A stretch of 64,000 bases of DNA, taken from NCBI GenBank assembly GCA_002422865.1, contig DITN01000100.1, positions 8,299 through 72,298 of the forward strand. Reading direction: 5' to 3'. Position numbers and translations under genes: made by a program. Below the pieces are notes generated by a model. It searched no databases. It was not told the DNA's origin and saw only the letters and a program-made list of their open reading frames with translations. The first letter of the stretch is position 1. Each line of letters opens with the position of its first letter. This document shows positions 1 through 8,184 of this stretch, one piece after another. The DNA is from Bacteroidetes bacterium UBA6183 (lineage in GTDB: Bacteria > Bacteroidota > Bacteroidia > UKL13-3).

Positions 1-455
1 CAATCGTGTCGTTATTTGCTAATAAAATACTGTCAGCCTTTGCCAATAAAATCTTCTTAAATCCCTTACCATATTTGTCTTCTATAGCTTTGTTCATATA
101 AGCTCCATAGCAACCTTCGGTTTGTCCTTCGTAAACAACACAGCCAAACATTTCATAATCAAATGCCAAGTCGTAAGTTTTGCAGAGTTCTCTAAGCTGT
201 TTTTCTTGTCGCAATTTATGTGTGCCAAAACCCATTGGAGTGGAGAAAACTAATTTTCCATTAGCAATGTCATTTTTCGCTTTTGCAATATCTTTTAAAC
301 ACATTGAGTCAGTCGTTGCGGGTTTTGAAATATATTTTTCAAGTTGATTTTTTGGTCGGTCAATTGTCACAATTTCAGTTGTCTTGTCATTGGATTTTTT
401 TTGTCCGCAAGCGAAAAGAAGAAGTGTCAATATAAGTATTGTTGTGTTTCTCATT
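1..455 (-). CDS. hypothetical lipoprotein; the 5' part is in the window and the 3' end runs off at position 1
   Basis: Reverse-strand ATG at 453-455 opens an ORF that reads 'MRNTTILILTLLLFACGQKKSND...' with no stop before the window edge. 'LLFACG' is a lipobox-like signal peptide. The ORF is missing from the supplied track, probably because it is partial. Confidence 0.45.
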
Positions 456-987
456 GTCGTCTTTTAAGGTTGCCACTAACTTATATATAGGTCTCATTTT
501 ATGAGACCTATCCCCCTATTTTGGGTCAGATAAGTCTCATAAAAAGTCCTTTTTAAATGTATTATTTATTTACGAGTCGTCAAACAGACTCCTTATTTTC
601 TGTAAACTTTTAGTACTAACGTGTGTGTATATTTGGGTTGTATTGGGGCTTTATGTCTCATGGTTATTTGATGTTTTACTTTACTAAATAAAGCATTTGG
701 GTTGGTAAATACAAGCTCACTTCTTAGCGAAGGTTTTCTGTGGTTTTGATACAGTTATGTACCCTTAACCGTGAAGTTCCGGGAATGGCCATGCATAAGG
801 CCCATTCATGAGAGTTCCACTAGTAAGTGAGCTGCATTTCCTTATAGATGATTTTACTGTTTAAGATAAATTATATTTAGGAAGTTAAACCCGGCTTAGC
901 GGGTGAAGTAAGCTACCGAAGTAGCACGGAACACGCGGTTGCCGAACGAAGCGCAGCGTAGCTTCGGTAAAAGCCCCAAAAACAAAA

Positions 988-1020
988 CGCCACTCCAAAA
1001 AAATTGAAGTGGCGTTTTTT
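988..1020 (-). terminator. rho-independent terminator downstream of the DHS-like gene
   Basis: Stem 'gccact' (989-994) pairs with 'agtggc' (1008-1013). On the minus strand the hairpin is followed by a T-run ('aaaaacaaaa' on the plus strand). Confidence 0.5.
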
Positions 1021-1039
1021 GTATAAAAAGTTAAATAAA

Positions 1040-2014
1040 TTACCAGCCTAAAATCCAAGCAAACATTAATGGTGCTACAATGGTAGCATCACTCTCTACA
1101 ATAAATTTAGGTGTATGTATATCTAATTTACCCCAGGTAATTTTTTCGTTTGGCACCGCTCCCGAGTATGAACCGTATGAAGTGGTTGAATCGCTTATTT
1201 GGCAGAAGTAACTCCAAAACGGAATGTTTTCCATTTCCATATCTTGGTACAACATAGGTACTACACAAATAGGGAAATCGCCTGCAATACCACCACCTAT
1301 TTGGAAAAAGCCTAACCCTTTGCCTTCGCTGTTTTTTACATACCAATCGGCTAACCAAGCCATGTACTCAATACCACTTTTCATGGTGCTGGCTTTTATT
1401 TCGTTTTTAATTACATAGCTGGCAAAAATGTTACCCATGGTGCTGTCTTCCCAACCTGGAACTACAATTGGTAAATTGCGCTCGGCTGCGGCTAACATCC
1501 ACGAGTTTTTAGGGTCAATTTCGTAGTATTGTTCTAACTCGCCACTATTTAAAATTTTATACATAAACTCGTGCGGGAAATAACGCTCGCCTGCAGTATC
1601 GGCATCTTTCCAAATTTTATGGATGTGCTTTTGTAACCTACGGAAAGCTTCTTCCTCAGGTATACAAGTATCGGTTACACGGTTGTAATGGTTTTCTAAT
1701 AAATCCCACTCGTCTTGCGGAGAAAGATCGCGGTAGTTAGGCACACGTTTATAGTGGCTATGTGCTACCAAGTTCATAATATCCTCTTCTAAGTTGGCAC
1801 CGGTGCAGCTAATAATATCTACTTTGCCTTGGCGTATCATTTCGGCCAACGATTTTCCTAACTCGGCAGTACTCATGGCACCGGCAAGGGTTACCATCAT
1901 TTTGCCACCTTCGGTAAGGTGTGTTTCGTATCCTTTGGCAGCATCAACCAATGCAGCAGCATTAAAATGCTTGTAGTGGGTTTCAATAAATTGAGAAATT
2001 GGTCCTTTAGTCAT
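1040..2014 (-). CDS. deoxyhypusine synthase-like protein (bacterial DHS family)
   Basis: 324 aa. The full-length sequence fits the deoxyhypusine/homospermidine synthase fold, with the NAD-binding Gly-rich region 'GFFQIGGGIAGDFP' and the motifs 'MMVTLAGAMSTAELG' and 'IISCTGANLEEDI'. Confidence 0.8.
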   Translation of the reverse strand: MTKGPISQFIETHYKHFNAAALVDAAKGYETHLTEGGKMMVTLAGAMSTAELGKSLAEMIRQGKVDIISCTGANLEEDIMNLVAHSHYKRVPNYRDLSPQDEWDLLENHYNRVTDTCIPEEEAFRRLQKHIHKIWKDADTAGERYFPHEFMYKILNSGELEQYYEIDPKNSWMLAAAERNLPIVVPGWEDSTMGNIFASYVIKNEIKASTMKSGIEYMAWLADWYVKNSEGKGLGFFQIGGGIAGDFPICVVPMLYQDMEMENIPFWSYFCQISDSTTSYGSYSGAVPNEKITWGKLDIHTPKFIVESDATIVAPLMFAWILGW

Positions 2015-2061
2015 TTCCTGTAAATTTTGGGCAAATATAGCCGTACCATGTTAATTAAAAA

Positions 2062-2094
2062 CAAAAAAGGAAACCAAATGTGGTTTCCTTTTTA
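2062..2094 (-). terminator. rho-independent terminator after the sigma / anti-sigma / Spy-like operon
   Basis: 'ggaaacca' (2069-2076), loop 'aat', 'tggtttcc' (2081-2088), then a T-run. Confidence 0.55.
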
Positions 2095-2099
2095 TGGAC

Positions 2100-2552
2100 T
2101 TAATCCGCTTGCGGTCTTCTGTCTTTCATTTTTTTAAGCAGTTGCATTTTAAACTCTTGTTCAAGTCCAAGTAGTTTGGCAACCTTAGCAGTAGGTAAAG
2201 CTTTTTTAAACTCGGGTATGTATTTTTTTACCACATCAATTTCGGTTTGTTTCAGCGTTAATTGTTCGTTAATGTACCTATCGGCCTCTTGGTCGGTTGG
2301 TTTGGCTTTTAGTTTAAACGTTTTGGCAAGCTCACGTTGTTTTTTTCTGACCGTTTTTATTTCTTGTTCAAACTTGTTGTAAATGGGCCAAAACAACTCG
2401 GCTTCTTTACTGGTAAGGGCCAGTTTTTCGGTAATAAAACCAATTTTTAAGGCTTCTATTTTTTCGTGTTTTGGGTCATCAATGTCATCGGTTTGTTGCG
2501 CCATAACGCCCAATCCTATAATTAAAAACAGTATCAATAACAGCTTTTTCAT
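2100..2552 (-). CDS. periplasmic Spy/CpxP-like protein with LTXXQ-type motifs
   Basis: 150 aa. Signal peptide 'MKKLLLILFLIIGLGVMAQQ'. Charged helical sequence with 'LALTSKEAELF' and 'LTLKQTEI' motifs. It is the last gene of a sigma / anti-sigma / periplasmic-protein triad. Confidence 0.5.
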   Translation of the reverse strand: MKKLLLILFLIIGLGVMAQQTDDIDDPKHEKIEALKIGFITEKLALTSKEAELFWPIYNKFEQEIKTVRKKQRELAKTFKLKAKPTDQEADRYINEQLTLKQTEIDVVKKYIPEFKKALPTAKVAKLLGLEQEFKMQLLKKMKDRRPQAD

Positions 2553-2563
2553 ATTTGTGTATC

Positions 2564-3028
2564 TTATAGTTCGTTTAATAAAGTTTCTTCATCCACACCT
2601 TCAATTATTTCTTCGGTTATGGTTTCGTCCGTGGTGTTGTTTACCACATGCACAGCCAAAGCTTCCATGGGTATATCTGTTAATTTGTCGGCCGATACAT
2701 AGTTTATAATTTCATCATCGGTAATTACTATGTTTTCGGTATTCTTATTTGGAGGTGGCACCATCATCAAAACTCCTAACGAAACCATTAATATTGCGGC
2801 AGCAGCATACCAAATAGGGTGCAGTGCAAAACGTTTGGGTGTTGGTTTGATGTGTTGTAATAACTGCGTTTTATTTTGTTCGAAGTAACCATCCGGTACG
2901 TTAAACCCACCATGATTAATCCTTGCCAACAGTTGTTTTTGGCTTTGCTCAAAATACCCATCAGGTACGGTAAATCCACCTTGTTGGTTACTTTTATTAA
3001 TGTGGTATGGATTATCTTGGTGACTCAT
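2564..3028 (-). CDS. putative anti-sigma factor with a single transmembrane helix
   Basis: 154 aa. Starts 12 nt into the ECF sigma gene's 3' end... correction: starts 35 nt downstream of the ECF sigma gene. One hydrophobic helix 'IWYAAAAILMVSLGVLMMV'. The N-terminus has a duplicated ~21-aa motif 'GGF(T/N)VPDGYFEQ..QLL'. Confidence 0.5.
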   Translation of the reverse strand: MSHQDNPYHINKSNQQGGFTVPDGYFEQSQKQLLARINHGGFNVPDGYFEQNKTQLLQHIKPTPKRFALHPIWYAAAAILMVSLGVLMMVPPPNKNTENIVITDDEIINYVSADKLTDIPMEALAVHVVNNTTDETITEEIIEGVDEETLLNEL

Positions 3029-3062
3029 TACGTAATTTTTGATGCTTGTTATGGCTAAAGGT

Positions 3063-3614
3063 TTAATGTACAGTTAAATATTCTTCGATTTTTTTTACGG
3101 CATGGTGATAAGAAGCTTTTAACGCACCTACAGATGTTTCCAAAACTTCACTCATTTCCTCGTATTTCATGTTGTCGAAATATTTTAGGTTAAACACCAA
3201 CCGTTGTTTTTCGGGCAGGTTTATAATGGCTTGTTGCAACTTAATCTCGGCACTGTTGCCGTTAAAGTAGCCTGTGGTGGTTAGATGTCCGAGTAGTTCG
3301 GGTGAAGTGTCTTCTATGTTTTGATGGTGTTTTTGTTTGTTTAAAAAGTTTAACGCCTCGTTGGTTGCTATGCGGTAAATCCAGGTATACAATTTGGCAT
3401 TACCTTTAAATTGGTGCAAGTTTTCCCACACTTTAATCATGGTGTTTTGAAGCACATCATCAGCATCATCATGGTTTATAACCATGCGCCTAATATGCCA
3501 ATACGTTTTTTGTTGATAGGTATTTAGTAGCCACTCAAAAGCCTTATGCTTGTTTGCTTGTTGCGCAAACGCTTGCAATATCTCTTCATCTGTTGTTGGC
3601 TTGTTGGTGCTCAT
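3063..3614 (-). CDS. RNA polymerase ECF-type sigma-70 factor
   Basis: 183 aa. Region 2 ('DADDVLQNTMIKVWEN', 'YTWIYRIATNEALNFL') and region 4 ('LPEKQRLVFNLKYFDNMKYEEMSEVLETSVGALKASYHHAVKKI') are recognisable. Confidence 0.85.
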   Translation of the reverse strand: MSTNKPTTDEEILQAFAQQANKHKAFEWLLNTYQQKTYWHIRRMVINHDDADDVLQNTMIKVWENLHQFKGNAKLYTWIYRIATNEALNFLNKQKHHQNIEDTSPELLGHLTTTGYFNGNSAEIKLQQAIINLPEKQRLVFNLKYFDNMKYEEMSEVLETSVGALKASYHHAVKKIEEYLTVH

Positions 3615-3836
3615 TTACTTAATGTGCTAATTTAGAGTAAATATGGTAACACTTGGTTTAATTTGTTTTCAAACTTTATTGTTAACTGCCTCAGTAACTT
3701 GAGTAAAAAGTTTGGGTAGGAGTTAAATTGCATGTAGTTTTGCGCCTTGATACACCTGATTTAAATTGTTTTTGCTTGGCATGATGATTGTAAACTATTG
3801 TATCAGAATAAATGTTAAATAGCTAAACGTATCATC

Positions 3837-4490
3837 ATGATTAATCGAATCATTCTTCTTGTAGTCCTTTCAACTTCTTTTGCCATTGCACAACAAGCGC
3901 CAAAACCGGTTGATAAAAACGCAGATAAACTATTAAATCTAATTAGCACGCGCTACAAAAACTTTAAAACCATAAAGGCCGATTTTATTTACAGCATTGA
4001 AAGCAAAGCAGAGAACATCAGCGAAAAACAAAAAGGAAGCATTTATGTGAAGGGAAACAAGTTTAGGTTAGATATAGCCGACCAAGTTATTATGTGTGAT
4101 AACAAAACTGTTTGGACATACAGCAAAGAGGTAAATGAGGTTCAGGTAAATAACTACGATCCTAAAAAAGCCCCCATTAGGTTAGATGATATTTTTACAA
4201 TGTACGACAAAGGTTTTTTATCAAAAATATTGGAAAGCAAAAAAGAGGGAAAAAACGATATTGTTTTGGTAGAACTTACCCCGAAGGATAAAAAGAAAAA
4301 CTTCTTTAAAATTAAACTCACCATTGATAAAACCAATCAAACCATCACAAAATCTCAGGTGTTTGATAAAAACGGAACCATACATACTTACATTGTAACC
4401 AATCAGTTTCCAAACATTAAATTAGAAGATAAATTTTTTGTATTTGATGTGAAGAAATACCCAAAATGTGAAGTAATCGACTTGAGGTAA
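3837..4490 (+). CDS. LolA-like outer-membrane lipoprotein carrier / sorting protein
   Basis: 217 aa. Signal peptide 'MINRIILLVVLSTSFAIAQQ'. Size and beta-rich composition match the LolA family. Confidence 0.6.
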   Translation: MINRIILLVVLSTSFAIAQQAPKPVDKNADKLLNLISTRYKNFKTIKADFIYSIESKAENISEKQKGSIYVKGNKFRLDIADQVIMCDNKTVWTYSKEVNEVQVNNYDPKKAPIRLDDIFTMYDKGFLSKILESKKEGKNDIVLVELTPKDKKKNFFKIKLTIDKTNQTITKSQVFDKNGTIHTYIVTNQFPNIKLEDKFFVFDVKKYPKCEVIDLR

Positions 4491-4619
4491 CTATTAAGAG
4501 TTTTACAACTCCAATTAGAAGATAAATAAAGGTTTCAAGTGGCTTTAGTGCCATTATCTCATAAGCCCTGAAGGGGCGAAATCTTCCTGCATTGTGCACC
4601 GCACATTGCATCATAACAA

Positions 4620-4656
4620 AAGAGGCTGTCGTTTGAGACAGCCTGTTTTGTTTTTA
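4620..4656. terminator. bidirectional rho-independent terminator
   Basis: 'ggctgtc' (4624-4630), loop 'gtttga', 'gacagcc' (4637-4643), with A-runs and T-runs on both sides. It lies between the convergent lolA-like gene and the lipoprotein/gpmI genes. Confidence 0.6.
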
Positions 4657-4658
4657 AA

Positions 4659-5192
4659 TTAATGTACAAACCGCGCATTAATCAAGTAGTTTTCATCATC
4701 TCCAAGTTTTACAGACTGTGTGCCGTGCATGCTAAATCCACTATCTGTAACATACCTTAAATAGGTAAAAGATTGATACAAAGAGTTTGTTTTGGTTAAA
4801 ATAGCCTCAATTATTTTTACGTTGTATTGCCCATCACGAACAATTTTAACCGTTTTAAGGGTTTGTTTTTTATCTGTTGAGGTATAGTTAATTTGGGTTT
4901 GATTATTCGAACTGCTGCTATCAACCTTAAAAGCATTTCTATTGCTTGGTTTAGCTAAATCTAAAACGGTAAACACTTGTAGTTCTTTTTCCCAATTTAC
5001 AGTATCAAAAATGGTTAAACTGTCTTTGTTTTCTCCATAAACCAAATGTTTTTCTATACCTGTTTTTTGTTCAGTTAATATAGTTATTTCATGTTCAAAA
5101 AAATGTTTGGTATCAAAAAATGCAGTTGGGTTTACCGTTGCGTTTTGGCATGATACCAATACCATAAAACAAGCTGCTATAATTAATCGCAT
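4659..5192 (-). CDS. hypothetical lipoprotein
   Basis: 177 aa. Lipobox 'FMVLVSCQN'. Its start overlaps the gpmI stop by 10 nt. Confidence 0.45.
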   Translation of the reverse strand: MRLIIAACFMVLVSCQNATVNPTAFFDTKHFFEHEITILTEQKTGIEKHLVYGENKDSLTIFDTVNWEKELQVFTVLDLAKPSNRNAFKVDSSSSNNQTQINYTSTDKKQTLKTVKIVRDGQYNVKIIEAILTKTNSLYQSFTYLRYVTDSGFSMHGTQSVKLGDDENYLINARFVH

Positions 5193-6709
5193 AATAAACT
5201 GGTTCCTGTCATTTGTGCGGGTTGAGGAATTTGAAGTAAGTTAAGCACTGTTGGTGCAACATCAGCTAATCTTCCTGTTTTTAAGCGTTTGCCATTTCCG
5301 TTTACCACAATAAAAGGAACTTCATTGGTGGTATGTGCTGTATTTGGTGTTCCATCTTCTTCATTGGTCATGTATTCTCCATTACCATGGTCGGCAGTTA
5401 CCAATAACGTATAATGATGTTCAAGCGCGGCAGCAACAATTCTACCCAAACATTCATCAACCTTCTCAACAGCCTTTATTTCGGCACTAACAATACCTGT
5501 GTGTCCCACCATATCGGGATTAGCAAAGTTAACGCACATAAAGTCGGGTTTTTCTTTAGTAATTGCTTGTAAGGCAAAACCACAAACTTCTTCAGCACTC
5601 ATCTCCGGTTGTAAATCGTAAGTAGCTACTTTTGGCGATGGCGCTAAGTACCTGGTTTCGCCAATAAAAGGTTGCTCACGCCCTCCACTAAAAAAGAAAG
5701 TAACGTGTGGGTATTTTTCTGTTTCGGCAATACGTGTTTGTGTTTTTTGGTGTTGCTCCAACACTTCACCTAAAGTCATTTGTAAATCAATATCAGGAAA
5801 AACAATGCCTACGTTTTTGTATGTTTTGTCGTAATCGGTTAAGGTAACATAATGCAAATTTAGTTTATGCATGTTGTGCTCATGGAAGTCTGTTTGTGTG
5901 AGTACTTCGGTGATTTCACGACCGCGATCGGTACGGAAATTAAAACAAATCACCACATCGCCATCTGCAATTTTTGCTATGGGTTGATTGTTGGAGTCAA
6001 CACAAATAATTGGCTTTATAAACTCATCAGTTTCTCCTGAAGCATATCTTTTTTCAATGGTTGATAACACATCACGGCTTTGCTCTCCAATGGCATTCAC
6101 CATACAATCGTAAGCCAGTTTAACACGTTCCCAGCGTTTATCCCTGTCCATGGCGTAATATCGGCCACATACCGAAGCCAATTTACCACCGGTATGATTT
6201 AATTCGGCAATTACTTTTTGTAAATACCCTTTTCCGTTTTTAGGATCGGTATCGCGTCCATCAGTAAAGGCGTGCACAAAAAAGTTACTGATGTTTTCGT
6301 GCTTCATCATGTTACACAAACCCAATAAATGCTCAATGCTGGAGTGCACACCACCATCACTCACCAGTCCGATGAGGTGAATATTTTTGTTATTGGTTTT
6401 GGCATGATGAATGGCGTTTAACAAGGTTTCATTTTTATATACATCACCATCTTCAAACGATTTATTAATAAGTACCAGTTGCTGATATACTACACGCCCT
6501 GCACCTAAATTCATATGACCAACCTCGCTGTTTCCCATTTGTCCGGCCGGCAATCCTACATCTAAACCACTTGTTTTAATGCTTGTACCCGGATATTTTT
6601 TTACTATACCATCAAAATTAGGCGTGTTAGCTTGGTATATGGCATTACCATCATAGGGTTTTCCGTTTCCCCAACCATCTAAAATAATTAAAGCTACTTT
6701 ATTAGTCAT
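5183..6709 (-). CDS. gpmI: 2,3-bisphosphoglycerate-independent phosphoglycerate mutase
   Basis: Conserved iPGM N-terminus 'MTNKVALIILDGWG', plus 'GNSEVGHMNLGAGR' and 'ADHGN'. The supplied ORF begins 18 codons earlier (6763), but the homology starts at the ATG at 6707-6709. Confidence 0.9.
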   Translation of the reverse strand: MTNKVALIILDGWGNGKPYDGNAIYQANTPNFDGIVKKYPGTSIKTSGLDVGLPAGQMGNSEVGHMNLGAGRVVYQQLVLINKSFEDGDVYKNETLLNAIHHAKTNNKNIHLIGLVSDGGVHSSIEHLLGLCNMMKHENISNFFVHAFTDGRDTDPKNGKGYLQKVIAELNHTGGKLASVCGRYYAMDRDKRWERVKLAYDCMVNAIGEQSRDVLSTIEKRYASGETDEFIKPIICVDSNNQPIAKIADGDVVICFNFRTDRGREITEVLTQTDFHEHNMHKLNLHYVTLTDYDKTYKNVGIVFPDIDLQMTLGEVLEQHQKTQTRIAETEKYPHVTFFFSGGREQPFIGETRYLAPSPKVATYDLQPEMSAEEVCGFALQAITKEKPDFMCVNFANPDMVGHTGIVSAEIKAVEKVDECLGRIVAAALEHHYTLLVTADHGNGEYMTNEEDGTPNTAHTTNEVPFIVVNGNGKRLKTGRLADVAPTVLNLLQIPQPAQMTGTSLLCD

Positions 6710-6825
6710 GGTGCAAAAATAACTAATAAAACTTTTAAGCCTTGTTATTTTGCATATCAACATTTTTACTAATTTGCACCTGTGGCACGCTTTTGGTTTA
6801 AGGTGCGTAAGTAAACAAACACAAC

Positions 6826-7218
6826 ATGAAGAACGGGTTATTTAAATACATGGTAGGGGTTATGCTAATGTTCAGTGCATCAGTAGTATTGGCTGATGGC
6901 TTTGACGACATAGTGAATGCCCTAAAAAGTAGTAATGCCAAAGAAGTGTCTAAGTTTTTAAATAGCACTGTAGAATTAACCATAAACGATAACGAGGGGG
7001 TATACAGTAAACAGCAAGCCGAAATGATGATTAAAAACTTTTTAATCAACAATCAGCCTAAGAATATTACCATACAACATCGTGGTTCATCGGGTCAAAG
7101 TGCCAAATATGCCATTGCAAATTACGAAACAGCCCAAGGAAAGTTTCGCGTGTACATATTTATGAAAGGTAGTGGCAATGGTATGTTGGTACACGAAATG
7201 CGTTTCGAAAAGGAATAG
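6826..7218 (+). CDS. secreted hypothetical protein (DUF4783-like)
   Basis: 130 aa with a signal peptide 'MLMFSASVVLADG'. No catalytic motifs. Confidence 0.45.
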   Translation: MKNGLFKYMVGVMLMFSASVVLADGFDDIVNALKSSNAKEVSKFLNSTVELTINDNEGVYSKQQAEMMIKNFLINNQPKNITIQHRGSSGQSAKYAIANYETAQGKFRVYIFMKGSGNGMLVHEMRFEKE

Positions 7219-7251
7219 TGTAATTATCTAAATTTCAACTGTATCAAATTA

Positions 7252-8106
7252 ATGGAAAACTTATTAAATAATGCCTTAGTTAAACAACTGATTGATATTG
7301 CGTTTGCTGAGGATATAGGAGAGGGAGATCACACTTCATTAGCCACTATTAACGCTAATGAAGCCGGGAAGTCTATTATTGTAGCCAAAGACAACGGTAT
7401 TATAGCCGGGTTGGCTTTGGTTGAATATATTTTTAAAAAAGTTGACCCGACATTGGTGGTAAAACTGCTAAAAAATGACGGTGACGAAATTGCTTACGGT
7501 GATGTAGTGTTGGAAGTTTCGGGCAGTTCGAGAAGTATGTTAACAGCGGAACGAACTGTTTTGAATTTTGTGCAACGTTTAAGTGGTGTGGCATCTTTAA
7601 CGGCAAAGTATGTAGCCGAGTTAAAAGGATTACACACACAAATATTGGATACGCGAAAAACTACACCGGGTATGCGCTTACTCGAAAAATATGCAGTTAA
7701 AATCGGAGGTGGTGCAAATCATCGCATTGGTTTGTACGATATGATTTTGATTAAAGACAACCATGTTGATTTTTCCGGAGGAATTACGAGTGCAATAGCG
7801 CGTACTCAAAAATATTTACAGGATAATAACCTAAACCTTAACATTGAAATTGAAACAAGAACGCTTGAAGAAGTAAAGCAAGTGTTGGCTGTGGGTGGTG
7901 TACACCGAATTATGTTAGATAATTTTTCACCGGAGCTACTGCGTGAGGCAGTTGCGCTGATTGATGGGAAATATGAGACAGAAGCAAGTGGTGGAATTAC
8001 CCTTCAAACCCTCAGAAGTTATGCAGAAACCGGTGTTGATTTTATATCATCAGGTGCATTAACGCATAGTGTAAAGGCCATGGATTTAAGCATGCGTGCC
8101 GTTTAA
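7252..8106 (+). CDS. nadC: nicotinate-nucleotide pyrophosphorylase [carboxylating] (quinolinate phosphoribosyltransferase)
   Basis: 284 aa. QPRTase motifs 'LDTRKTTPGMRLLEKYAV..GGG.NHR.GLYD..LIKDNH'. Confidence 0.9.
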   Translation: MENLLNNALVKQLIDIAFAEDIGEGDHTSLATINANEAGKSIIVAKDNGIIAGLALVEYIFKKVDPTLVVKLLKNDGDEIAYGDVVLEVSGSSRSMLTAERTVLNFVQRLSGVASLTAKYVAELKGLHTQILDTRKTTPGMRLLEKYAVKIGGGANHRIGLYDMILIKDNHVDFSGGITSAIARTQKYLQDNNLNLNIEIETRTLEEVKQVLAVGGVHRIMLDNFSPELLREAVALIDGKYETEASGGITLQTLRSYAETGVDFISSGALTHSVKAMDLSMRAV

Positions 8107-8134
8107 TTGAATAAAATACAATCTTACATATCAC

Positions 8135-8168
8135 AAAAAAAGCCGACTAATTTAGTCGGCTTTTTTAT
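8135..8168. terminator. bidirectional rho-independent terminator between nadC and the gldJ-like gene
   Basis: 'aaaaaaagccgact' (stem 8142-8148), loop 'aattt', 'agtcggc' (8154-8160), 'tttttt'. Confidence 0.65.
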
Positions 8169-8184
8169 CGTATAAATCGTTTGA

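Noticed and set aside
895-985. Possible tmRNA tag-peptide region ('gccgaacgaagcgcagcgtag')
   Set aside because: There is no tRNA-like acceptor or T-arm ('GGTTCGA.TCC'), and the implied tag '...AERSAA*' does not resemble the bacterial '...ALAA' tags. It is kept only as an unclassified structured region.
1128-1418. Small ORFs (76, 64 and 60 aa, etc.) nested in larger genes on either strand throughout the track
   Set aside because: They are antisense or alternative-frame to well-supported genes and lack motifs. These are typical chance ORFs in low-GC DNA.
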